Virus record (IMG/VR): IMGVR_UViG_3300031965_000003
Span: 5,350-69,349 of that record
Reading direction: 5' to 3' (one strand)
DNA from: a virus
Length of the DNA stretch: 64,000 nucleotides
Below, in pieces: positions 44,084-53,499 of this stretch. A program made the position numbers and the translations under genes. The notes beneath the pieces were generated by a model that saw only the letters and a program-made list of their open reading frames with translations, was not told the origin of the DNA and did not search any database. Each line of letters begins with the position of its first letter. The stretch's first letter is position 1.

Positions 44084-44887
44084 TTAGCTGTCCTGTGCCT
44101 CTTCGGCATCTAAAATATCTTGATCGATGTTTTGCTCTGTCATTGACCGCCGCCCAAATGTCGGCACCCCATCTTGGACGCCGCCCGTGATATAATCAAC
44201 AGGAGCAGCCTTACGGGTAGTGCCGTCTACAGTAGCGTCGCCCTCGACTACGTCATTCAAAAAATCGACAAAGTCGTTTCTTAGCTTGGCAAACGCCGGA
44301 GGTATCTCGTTCTTCTCGCTTGTACCAAAGGTCCCGTAGAGCGTGTAAACAGATAGAAACTCTTCTCCCTGCGCGATGTACGCAGGCGACGGAGAAAATG
44401 GCACCGTCATGACGGTCCCAAGCCTCGCATTGATGTAAGCGTAAGCCGCAGTCATGTGCGGCGCCACGTCACGCTCAGTCAAGTCGCCACGGCCCACTAG
44501 CTGCCTGGCTATCCGCAGCACGTTGTTCTTGTTGCCGTAGCTGTAGAATGACATTGGTTCGGTCTTGGCTATCTCAAAGATGCCGCGGGTAACTGTGTAT
44601 AACGATCCCTGAATAGACCCGCTACCAAACACCTTCCACTCGTAGGTGTAAAAACCAACTGAGCTGGGCAGCTGGCGAAACACGTAAAAGTTGCCTTTGG
44701 TAACATCACCACCGCTCGCCGTTACCGTTTGACCTGATTGAACAGCCGTCGGCTGCAGGATCGACCCGTCCGTGTTATAGATCGTAAAGACAACGGTTGA
44801 CGGTATCGACTGTGAATTTAAGTAGCTGAACATTCGCAGGTCATCAGCCTCAAACCTATCTATGTTACCGCTAAGATCAAAAGCCAT
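44084..44887 (-). CDS. Head-tail adaptor (Mu gp36-like C-terminus) with N-terminal Ig-like extension
   Basis: AYINARLGTVMTVPF; position after head accessory genes. Confidence 0.6.
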   Translation of the reverse strand: MAFDLSGNIDRFEADDLRMFSYLNSQSIPSTVVFTIYNTDGSILQPTAVQSGQTVTASGGDVTKGNFYVFRQLPSSVGFYTYEWKVFGSGSIQGSLYTVTRGIFEIAKTEPMSFYSYGNKNNVLRIARQLVGRGDLTERDVAPHMTAAYAYINARLGTVMTVPFSPSPAYIAQGEEFLSVYTLYGTFGTSEKNEIPPAFAKLRNDFVDFLNDVVEGDATVDGTTRKAAPVDYITGGVQDGVPTFGRRSMTEQNIDQDILDAEEAQDS

Positions 44888-44895
44888 CTTGCGCC

Positions 44896-47721
44896 TCAGT
44901 ATATGTTTGTGTCATCCTTACCAGGTCTTATTACACTGGCCAATGATCGGCCTCGCTCTTTGATGTTATCAGCAGCCCGATTGATGACCTCGGTTCCTCG
45001 GCGCACCAACCCCTGACCCCCGCGTAACGATTGCGTCACCCTGTTGTGCGCCGCATGGATGCCTGACACTATTTCGGTACCCAGGCCTCTTATCATACCA
45101 TAGGTCAGTACCGCAGTAGCAGCTATGGTCCGAAACAGACTCATGCTTTTACTTTGCGCACCGACCATTATCGTCAATGCTGCCACCGTCCTGACTATCA
45201 CGGTTAACCTGCTTATGCCTGTAGCCATCAGCAGTGACGCGCTCAATAGTTTACCTACAAGTATCCTGACCTCACCTGATAGATGAACGGCTGCACTGAT
45301 CGCCTTACTAATGATTGCACCGTGACCTACGGCGCCCGCTAACACGACAGCTGAACTCATGGTCCTGAATAAACTCGCTACCGTGTTTACTGCCGGAGTT
45401 ATCTCGACTCGGCTAGCTAACATGCGCCCATACACTTGTAGCCTGTTGACTCCGACCGCCTCTAGTGCAGACGCGCTTATCGTTCTTGCCGATGATTTAA
45501 TCTGTGATAACGCACCGCTCAACGCGACAGCGCTTTGTAGTCTATAAGCGATCTCGCGGGTCATCGTTGCGGCCATGCTTAGACCTACGGCGATAGTCTC
45601 TTGAACGAATTGTGACGCTGAGGTAGCCCTAGTTATAACTGGCGTTAGCACGTTATTGACGATGATCGACCGCAAGGCGTGCAACAGAGCTGTCACATCA
45701 ACCTGATCCATCAATTGTCCGGCTATGGTCCTGGCGTGCGTAGCGCGATTCGTAAAAGAAGTCGCTATCACCAGCGCAACGGCTAGGGCTTGACGAAATA
45801 GCCCAGCAGACGCGGTTACGGATGTCGCCAGTAAATCATTGACCGTTATCGACACGCTCAACAGCCTGTTTACCGCCGCCGTCAATACCGCGCCGGCAGC
45901 CACGGTCTTGGATATACCGCGCATCAACGCGGCGGTTCCTACCGCAACAGCGTCAACGGCTTGTTGGAAGGTCTGAGCGACGTTCGAAGATCTATCAATG
46001 GTCGTAGTTAAAACACTGCTGGCGGCTAGGTCACGAAACAACTGCATCAACCGGCCGACTCCGGGAGTTATAGCGGACGAGGTTGAGAGGCTTACCGCCG
46101 CAACCAACGGTCGAGCCATCGACGCCGCTTCTACGATAGCCGCGCTTATGGCCCGCGTCACCAGGCCCATAGATCGGCTTATGGCCGCCGCTAAGACCGC
46201 TTCGGTTGACAGCGTTTTAGCAAAGCCGCGAACCATTCCTGCTATGTCGACCAAGGCTGCATCTATCGCTTGTTGATACGCTTGAGCAACGTTAGAAAAC
46301 CTACTGATGGTTGTTGACAGGACAACACCTGGGTTCACGGCGCGGAACAAAGACGCCAGTTTACTGACCGTAGCCGTGCCGGCCATAGACGTGGCCAAGG
46401 CTTGAAGACGCTCCAGCCGCTCAACGACCGATGAACCGTCAAGAAGCTGAGCGGCCACGGTACGAGCCACGGTCCCCATTGATTGCGCCATCTTAAACGC
46501 TGTCACGGACTGAGAGCTTAAAGTCTTCGCTATCTTTTTACTCAAGACGGCAGAAGATACGGCTGCGGCGCTGATGGCGAGCAGCCAGATCAATAGCTGG
46601 GCCAAGTTTGAGGCACTCAACAAAGCCGCAGCTACCAACCTAGTGTACGATTGTGTTGACGCCAGCGTTACCGACTCAATCAGCTGAGCCGCTACAGACC
46701 TGTACAGGCTAAGCACCGTTGCAGTTGACCCAGTCAAGGACGACTCTGATGATATGCGGGCGCCCATGCCTCTCTGGATACCCATGGCTACCGTATCACT
46801 AGCGGCAACAGACCTAAACAGCGACGCTAATTTAATCATACTCGGAGCAGACAACTCGGAGGCGGCTAATGTCTGAAAGTATGTTTGAGCCCCTGCCGGT
46901 CCAGTCGCCGGTACTCCCATGCCGCGCCAAAACAGCAGCGGGTATCGCAGACCGCCAAGCGTCTCGGCTATCCAATCGAGAAAACCTACACCCATCGTCG
47001 CAGCTGCCGTCGTGGCAACGGCTATGCTCTGCTGCCAAAACGACTTAGATGTGTTCATCGACAGCCCGATAAATTGTATCAATGCCGTAGGCACCTGTTT
47101 ACCGATCTTACGTTGTATCGCTGGTATAGCCGTTGAGCTGGCGTCGAGTGCCTGTTGTATGTGACTGGAGTAGGTGATCTGAATCGTAACAGCGTCAAAA
47201 CGTTGATCCACCGCCGCGCTGCCGCCCGTATTGCTCGTAGTGACGGTATACGCAAGCTCTAGCCTAACGTTGGTGGCGGCCTCTACGTATGCTGCCTGCA
47301 CTGCGCGTATGCTGCCAGCCGCCCCAGCCGTATAGTCGTGAGTGGCGGTGCTGATTGACGTTGAGATCAACTCAGTGCCTGCGCCGCAAACGTTGTCGCC
47401 CGCATCGTCCACCAACCGCATGATGATGGAATGACTACTCAGTTTAGTAGCCGAGACTAGACTTTCGCTCCATGCCGTGACTTGGACGCTGCTTATCTGG
47501 GCATCGGTGCTGATACCAAAGATGGTGGCCCAGCTATCCCCGGCTCCGGCCTTAACTCCACGTTCAGACTCCGTGACATTTTTTGTCGCTTGGGTAAATT
47601 GAGCCGCCACGGCTGCATCAGCCACTCGCGCATAGACGATACCGGAATCGCCGGCATCAGCTAATGTTTCCCAACTGTCGGTAGCGTCCCAGTTGGTCCA
47701 AGTAATACTTGCTGTGGCCAC
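44896..47721 (-). CDS. Large Ala/Ser/Thr-rich putative virion protein
   Basis: 941 aa of low-complexity beta-strand repeats. Confidence 0.7.
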   Translation of the reverse strand: MATASITWTNWDATDSWETLADAGDSGIVYARVADAAVAAQFTQATKNVTESERGVKAGAGDSWATIFGISTDAQISSVQVTAWSESLVSATKLSSHSIIMRLVDDAGDNVCGAGTELISTSISTATHDYTAGAAGSIRAVQAAYVEAATNVRLELAYTVTTSNTGGSAAVDQRFDAVTIQITYSSHIQQALDASSTAIPAIQRKIGKQVPTALIQFIGLSMNTSKSFWQQSIAVATTAAATMGVGFLDWIAETLGGLRYPLLFWRGMGVPATGPAGAQTYFQTLAASELSAPSMIKLASLFRSVAASDTVAMGIQRGMGARISSESSLTGSTATVLSLYRSVAAQLIESVTLASTQSYTRLVAAALLSASNLAQLLIWLLAISAAAVSSAVLSKKIAKTLSSQSVTAFKMAQSMGTVARTVAAQLLDGSSVVERLERLQALATSMAGTATVSKLASLFRAVNPGVVLSTTISRFSNVAQAYQQAIDAALVDIAGMVRGFAKTLSTEAVLAAAISRSMGLVTRAISAAIVEAASMARPLVAAVSLSTSSAITPGVGRLMQLFRDLAASSVLTTTIDRSSNVAQTFQQAVDAVAVGTAALMRGISKTVAAGAVLTAAVNRLLSVSITVNDLLATSVTASAGLFRQALAVALVIATSFTNRATHARTIAGQLMDQVDVTALLHALRSIIVNNVLTPVITRATSASQFVQETIAVGLSMAATMTREIAYRLQSAVALSGALSQIKSSARTISASALEAVGVNRLQVYGRMLASRVEITPAVNTVASLFRTMSSAVVLAGAVGHGAIISKAISAAVHLSGEVRILVGKLLSASLLMATGISRLTVIVRTVAALTIMVGAQSKSMSLFRTIAATAVLTYGMIRGLGTEIVSGIHAAHNRVTQSLRGGQGLVRRGTEVINRAADNIKERGRSLASVIRPGKDDTNIY

Positions 47722-47976
47722 TTACTTGCCTAGGCTCCTCATGTGCTCAATCCAAGGATTACTGTCGTACCCACATACCTTACAGACACCGTGCTCCCAC
47801 TCAACCTCACGTGGTTGCCCGTGGCTGCCGTGAGGGATAGTGAGGCATAACTCTCGGCACTCATCACAGCAGTAGCACTGGTTGCTGTCGGCCGCTGTGT
47901 CGTTGTCTCTTAAGGTGGTAGCGCACTGTTGCCTCTCGCTTAACCTATCTGAGTGTCTTATGCACGCGTGAACCAT
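47722..47976 (-). CDS. Cys-rich hypothetical protein
   Basis: CYCCDEC, CKVC. Confidence 0.45.
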   Translation of the reverse strand: MVHACIRHSDRLSERQQCATTLRDNDTAADSNQCYCCDECRELCLTIPHGSHGQPREVEWEHGVCKVCGYDSNPWIEHMRSLGK

Positions 47977-47991
47977 GCTTAATTACCTTGT

Positions 47992-48567
47992 CTAGCTTGG
48001 ATCTGATTCTACGATTGGGTCCGCGCTAGCGTTAGTTGTCAACGTTGCCGTCCATACTGCCGTCGAGTCGTTCTCGTCATAGATCGTCATGATGCCGCCA
48101 GACGTAGTGATCCTGTTCCGCAGGGTCCGCAGAGCATTGATCGGGCTGCGTGCCGCTATGACCGAGACGCTCGACATTGCCACACCAAACATGGCTGCTC
48201 TTTGAATGTCCCACACCCCGCTTGAGCCAGTGATCATGTAGTCAAACTCATTGGCCGGCATGACTGTGTATTCATGCCATACCGGTAAGCAATTAAGCGA
48301 CGTAGTAGAGGCGACCAATCTACCCAAGGAGCCCGTGTCGGTATTGTCGAACTGAACAGAGTACATGCCGGTTGAAGCGCCGCTCGCAAGTACCCGTTGA
48401 GAAGCTGTATTGGTTACGTTCCTGGCTACAGCAGCGGCACCGTTCTTGAACAACATCAGCGTAGAGTTAGTCAGCGTGGTGCCAAGAGAGTTGACAAATA
48501 CACCGGAGGTGTCAGTAAACGGACCCAGAAGGACAGTAGTCGAAGTTGCCTGTCTCAGAAAAAACAT
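47992..48567 (-). CDS. Putative virion protein
   Basis: LRQATSTTVLLGPF...GMYSVQFDNTDTGSLGRL. Confidence 0.65.
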   Translation of the reverse strand: MFFLRQATSTTVLLGPFTDTSGVFVNSLGTTLTNSTLMLFKNGAAAVARNVTNTASQRVLASGASTGMYSVQFDNTDTGSLGRLVASTTSLNCLPVWHEYTVMPANEFDYMITGSSGVWDIQRAAMFGVAMSSVSVIAARSPINALRTLRNRITTSGGIMTIYDENDSTAVWTATLTTNASADPIVESDPS

Positions 48568-48568
48568 T

Positions 48569-49828
48569 TTACATTCTCCTTCGTCTAGCGTTCATAAAAG
48601 TAGCCGCCTCAGCCGTTCCCGGACCAAACGCGATATAGCCGACGAACGCCGCAACGGTATCAGCATTGTCAATGCATGTCATAGTAAATCCGTCTGCATC
48701 CATTGATTTGCATTTGCACAGTCCGACCACTGCACCAGTAGCATCAAGGTTAATGTATGCCTGATCGTAATCGATCGCAGACCAAGCTTCCGAGGGGTTA
48801 GGCGCATAATTTTCCCTGATAGCATGGGCGACTTGACTACTCGGTCCCGTAAATACACCGATTGAGAATTGTCCAGGTGACGTAGAGGCATCTTGAATAC
48901 TCTCCACTCGATTCACCGACACGCACATGACGGCAGCAGGCCTAAAGCCCAAACCACTAATAACAATGTCAGTAGTATCGGTTTTAGTAGCAAAATCACC
49001 AGCGACATAGTTCCCGCCCACAAGCAGTGCTAGCGGCACATTCCGAGTAGCGGATGCTTCCAGCATATTGATTTCAAAACCGTTGGCCGGACTTGATTGA
49101 AATTCAGTAAATTCAGCTCTTTCAGTAATGATTATTGGCGGATCGTTATTTTTACCCAATTCGGCTAACACTTCATCCCCATAACCGTATGACCCTGCCC
49201 GTCCAGCCGTTTGCGTGTCAGCTGTATTCATTACACAGATAAATTCGTTCGATGGTCCCGTTGCGGCACCAAAACCAAGTTGTCCGCCAGCTAAAACAGA
49301 CCCGTATCCTGCCCCATTATTACAACTGAGTAACATTGCTAAGGTAGGAACAAACGTTGTTGTGACATTTTGCGCGCCAGTAGTTGCGTTGTGTATAAAA
49401 TCTAACGTTTCCTGGTTAGTAATAGAGTCGCCGCCAAGCGAAAGATACGAAACACGTATCGCTACCTCGAAGGCATCATCAACCACAACGTCGAATCCAT
49501 CGGCGTCCGTTGTGTAATCGCCAAGCCCCTCGACTGTCCCGTCAGTAGCAATCGTTGCAATACAAGCAACGTTGCTCATATACTGATCGGTATTGGTTGG
49601 AGATACATTATCCTCTGATTGCAGCGTCGCACACCGTCGATCTGTAGTAGAGACAGCAAATCCAACACCAAAGCGTAGATTCGCGCTACCTGCTGTATTA
49701 GTAGCTTCGTTGCGACCACTCCAAAAAAAGATTGTCAATTTAGGCTGAAAACCAAAACCACGCAATTGAATTGTGGTGGAATCGGATGCAGGAATATTAA
49801 ATGTGCCGACTTTTGCTTGAATTGCCAT
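48569..49828 (-). CDS. Putative virion beta-rich protein with two GFxP repeats
   Basis: GFGFQPKLTIF and GLGFRPAAVMC. Confidence 0.7.
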   Translation of the reverse strand: MAIQAKVGTFNIPASDSTTIQLRGFGFQPKLTIFFWSGRNEATNTAGSANLRFGVGFAVSTTDRRCATLQSEDNVSPTNTDQYMSNVACIATIATDGTVEGLGDYTTDADGFDVVVDDAFEVAIRVSYLSLGGDSITNQETLDFIHNATTGAQNVTTTFVPTLAMLLSCNNGAGYGSVLAGGQLGFGAATGPSNEFICVMNTADTQTAGRAGSYGYGDEVLAELGKNNDPPIIITERAEFTEFQSSPANGFEINMLEASATRNVPLALLVGGNYVAGDFATKTDTTDIVISGLGFRPAAVMCVSVNRVESIQDASTSPGQFSIGVFTGPSSQVAHAIRENYAPNPSEAWSAIDYDQAYINLDATGAVVGLCKCKSMDADGFTMTCIDNADTVAAFVGYIAFGPGTAEAATFMNARRRRM

Positions 49829-51000
49829 TAGACTACACCAGCACCAGCTTTTATTTCCGCAGCTAATGATGCATTAGCTGCCGCTGGCGAATATGAATAC
49901 GGCGGCGTAAATATACCGCTAGTGTTGAATTCCTGATATGCTTCATCACCAGACTCCGAGTATGGGTTAGTCACTTTGATAGCCGTAGCATTGCCACCCT
50001 CGGTAGTGATATGAGCAACAGCTGGATACACCCAAGTATCATTATTATAGCAATCACTTTCGCTAAGGTAGCTACCTTCAATCGATACTTGCACACCAAT
50101 CCAATCATTCGTATTGGCTCCGTCAAAATAATTATTAAAGCTGTGCAGCTTTCCACGCCGCATCAATGGATGGCGCACATGGGAATTGAAATAGTTACGA
50201 TAACTCGTAACCGTGCAACTTGTCGCATTTGTAAGTGATGGATCGTTGACATAGAGCCACGCGCCATGATCGGTGTCTACTTGCTGCTGAAAGTCACAAT
50301 AAGACACGGTAATATTGTAAGGCGCTGGATGAATAACATCGGACGGAGTAATCCGTAACCCCTCAATATCGGATGCATTTGTCTCGATAGTAAGATGATC
50401 CAACCAAACGTTATAAATGTTGTCACCTAATGTTAGCCTAGCCGACGAGCCGAAACTTTCAGAAAAGGTAATATTATGTAAAATGACATTGTTAATATCT
50501 AATGGACTTGGGCCGCCAAAATTGCCTATAAAAAAAGCGCCAGACCCAGTGCCAGCAATTACGATACTGGCGTTTCTACCGTCTACCGTTTTGTTTGATC
50601 TACACACTAAGGCACTTGTCAGCGTGATCGTCCCGCTCACATCAAACACGATCCAACGTGTTGTCGTATCTTCGAGAAACGATCGCAGAGAGCCAGCGCC
50701 GGAATCGTTGAGAGTCGTCACATGAGATTCGACCCCTCCGAAACCGCCAGTTGTGTTTTGGCCGTACCCGACTGGTGTACCTAGCCCGTTCAAAGCTGAT
50801 GACGGCACTATTCTTATCACAGCTTGTTGCCCACCAATCTTGGTTTTTATGCGAACATCTATCGCCTGCCTCCAAAAAGCACCTCCAGTATTTATACGCC
50901 CGCTCATGCCTAGCCGCGCTGCTATCGCCTGATACCAAGTCACCGGCACCTCACCAGGCTGTCTTGTCCACTTGATACGATAGATGTTAGAACGTGCCAT
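49828..51000 (-). CDS. Pectate lyase family (PL1-like) beta-helix depolymerase
   Basis: GYGQNTTGG.GG...VTTLNDSGAGSLR, IVFDVSGTI, SNKTVDG, VWLDH, RHPLMRRGKLHSFNNY. Confidence 0.85.
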   Translation of the reverse strand: MARSNIYRIKWTRQPGEVPVTWYQAIAARLGMSGRINTGGAFWRQAIDVRIKTKIGGQQAVIRIVPSSALNGLGTPVGYGQNTTGGFGGVESHVTTLNDSGAGSLRSFLEDTTTRWIVFDVSGTITLTSALVCRSNKTVDGRNASIVIAGTGSGAFFIGNFGGPSPLDINNVILHNITFSESFGSSARLTLGDNIYNVWLDHLTIETNASDIEGLRITPSDVIHPAPYNITVSYCDFQQQVDTDHGAWLYVNDPSLTNATSCTVTSYRNYFNSHVRHPLMRRGKLHSFNNYFDGANTNDWIGVQVSIEGSYLSESDCYNNDTWVYPAVAHITTEGGNATAIKVTNPYSESGDEAYQEFNTSGIFTPPYSYSPAAANASLAAEIKAGAGVV

Positions 51001-51003
51001 GAC

Positions 51004-52980
51004 TTATTTACCCGCCAGCCTACGCAAGAGACCAATCATCCCACCGAACCCAGGCGACCGCGTGACCTGCCTATAAATGGTGATACGTATCGAATCGACT
51101 TGGAACGTCTCTGTGGTAACAGAATCTTTACGCACGGCCACACCAAACCCAGTTGCGTTGATGTCGTCCGTGGTCCAGGTACCCTCCCACAAATAGTTCT
51201 CACCACCAGTCTCAAGAAACGCCTCAGTAGACGTCACGTTGATCGTGCTACTAGAAGATTGGATGACTCCAGCCTTGACCAATCGCGCTACCAACGTGCT
51301 AGACGATGATAAGCACTTGCACTCAACCTCAGCCTTGATGCCTGTTACTTGATCCCCTTCTCTTAGATCAAAGCCGAACTGTGTCACCACCAACCATTGA
51401 CTCGTCTGGTTGCCGAGGACAGCTGCAGCGTATTGATCGTTTGAGGCTGTTGCAAAGCCTGGATTGGTCCAAGCCACGTCGCCTTCAATGGCGCTGTTGG
51501 TGCCCGCACCACCATAACGCGGACCCGTTGATGGATAGACGACTGGAATTTTAGTGCCCCAACGAAACCACATGAACGGCACGCGGTTCAACGTTGCCAA
51601 TATCGTACCTGTAAACGCTGACACGCGCCCTGACGTGCTTACGAGAGCGGTCAAGAAAAACATCTCTACGTCTTTACTGATATCAACCGCTGAGTGCGTA
51701 ACCACGTCAATCAAGATCTGTGCTGGAGCCTTAGGTAACGAGTGAGAACCAAACATGGCCAGATTGTAAGGCAAGGTTCTTAGCGCAGCGGAGATGCCCT
51801 TACGTGCTGCACCAACGTCGGCCACGGTCTTCACCAGTGCCCCGTTATAAAATAGAGTGGCGTCCTTCCACGCCTCGCCCGTTACCGTCATGCTAACATC
51901 CAACGCCTTCAAGATGATCCCGTGCTCAACGAGGAGCGTGTCAACGATGTTGACGACAGCACCTTCGATGAACTTACCTATGCTCCAACCCGTCTCGTTG
52001 ATGGCCGCACTAGCCGCAGTCGCCGCTTCAATAACCGTGCTAAACAACCTGCTGCTTTGCGACACCGAAGCAACGGCAATCATCGACGTTGCTATGTTCT
52101 TACCCAGCAACACAATGATAGCCACTGTAGAGTGACACACAGCCTCTATAGCCACTAACGATGTCCCTACCGATACTGGGCGGGGGATATCAGCAGCGAT
52201 CAACGCGGCTAGGTCCATAGCCTGAGCGTGAAGCACGCCAATCTTAGCAAAGGCCCCTGCGCTAAGCTGCCTAGCTTGGATCAATTGGGAACGGAGAATA
52301 TCCCTCGTTGCCTCTCCTACCATTGCCGTCAAAGCCGTAACGGTGACCGACACCAAGCCGCGGTCGCTGCTGACCGCCCCAACCAACAGCGCCGAGGCGC
52401 TTAACGCTTGGTTTAACGACAGCATCTTGCCAGCGTTTGTTGTTGACACGGCCTTGCTCGATACCTGCCGCCCAAACAGCAACAGCCTTGACGAGCTAGA
52501 GGCCAGCACAGCCCTAGCAGCCACGGCCACCGGGCGTATCGGTATCGGAGACAAGCCTCCAGTAACAGCCGCTCGCGCCGTTAGGTTGGTGAACAGCCTG
52601 CGCCCACCGGCAACCACCGAGGCCGTTATTACATTGCTAGCGATAGCGAGAAAGCGCCGTCGACTGACAGCTGAAAGGATCGATGCTGCCCCTGAGACGT
52701 TTAGCTCGAGGAACAGCATCCGTGAGACAACAACCCTGGCGATGACAGCAGCACGCACGTTGACCAACCAAGGTGCGCTGCTCCATAATCTTAGCTCTGG
52801 AATGTTGCACAATGCCGCCACGATTGCCACCCTGTGAATCCCCTGACCTGGACTGAACCAAAAACCAACATTCTTGCCTGCGACTCTGGGCGGTGGCTTG
52901 CCTTTGCGGTGTCGTCCGCTTTCTAGGAAGCTTGTCGACTTAGATCGTCGATGCTGCCCTCCTTTTGAACGAAACAACAT
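51004..52980 (-). CDS. Large Ala/Ser-rich putative virion protein with C-terminal beta-sandwich
   Basis: 658 aa; C-terminal AWTNPG...QFGFD...VTGIKAEV...WEGTWTTDDINATGFGV. Confidence 0.65.
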   Translation of the reverse strand: MLFRSKGGQHRRSKSTSFLESGRHRKGKPPPRVAGKNVGFWFSPGQGIHRVAIVAALCNIPELRLWSSAPWLVNVRAAVIARVVVSRMLFLELNVSGAASILSAVSRRRFLAIASNVITASVVAGGRRLFTNLTARAAVTGGLSPIPIRPVAVAARAVLASSSSRLLLFGRQVSSKAVSTTNAGKMLSLNQALSASALLVGAVSSDRGLVSVTVTALTAMVGEATRDILRSQLIQARQLSAGAFAKIGVLHAQAMDLAALIAADIPRPVSVGTSLVAIEAVCHSTVAIIVLLGKNIATSMIAVASVSQSSRLFSTVIEAATAASAAINETGWSIGKFIEGAVVNIVDTLLVEHGIILKALDVSMTVTGEAWKDATLFYNGALVKTVADVGAARKGISAALRTLPYNLAMFGSHSLPKAPAQILIDVVTHSAVDISKDVEMFFLTALVSTSGRVSAFTGTILATLNRVPFMWFRWGTKIPVVYPSTGPRYGGAGTNSAIEGDVAWTNPGFATASNDQYAAAVLGNQTSQWLVVTQFGFDLREGDQVTGIKAEVECKCLSSSSTLVARLVKAGVIQSSSSTINVTSTEAFLETGGENYLWEGTWTTDDINATGFGVAVRKDSVTTETFQVDSIRITIYRQVTRSPGFGGMIGLLRRLAGK

Positions 52981-53023
52981 CCTGCATTACCGTCACTCGC
53001 TCTTGCTGCTCATCACGCGGCGC

Positions 53024-53389
53024 TTATGTCGCCAAGCCCGAGTTCGTGAGGGTCATCGTGAACTCAATGCGGTCGTTCGTTGCCAAGGCCACCGTGCTAA
53101 AGTTGCCCTTGATCAGCAGCGTGCCAGAGTTGTTGTTAAACAACCCAGCGTTGGTGATCGATGCTACGGCAGCCGCCGTCATCGTCGCGATCCACTGGTT
53201 TTGATTGAACGCGCTGATGCTTGCCGCCGCCGCCACCCGTGAGTGCGACTCGGTAAACAACGTCGTGTCAGCTATCGCAGCCGTCCCGGTGCCTTCGCCC
53301 CAACCAATCTGAAATGTAGTTGTAGTAATCGTGGCATTTATTAGCTGCGCAAGCCATGCGGTGCCGCAGGTTGTAAAAACGTTTGCCAT
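53024..53389 (-). CDS. Small virion (fibre/collar-like) protein
   Basis: IGWGEGT..AAIADTTLFTE, ITNAGLFN, LATNDRIEFT; GGAGG RBS. Confidence 0.7.
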   Translation of the reverse strand: MANVFTTCGTAWLAQLINATITTTTFQIGWGEGTGTAAIADTTLFTESHSRVAAAASISAFNQNQWIATMTAAAVASITNAGLFNNNSGTLLIKGNFSTVALATNDRIEFTMTLTNSGLAT

Positions 53390-53499
53390 TGAAACCTCCT
53401 GTTATATCTTCCCACTGATCCGTAGCCGCTCTGTAGACCCTGACCTTGATCTCTGCCTGTGGTTCTAGCGACGCATCTGACACGCTGCCTTACCCTCTC

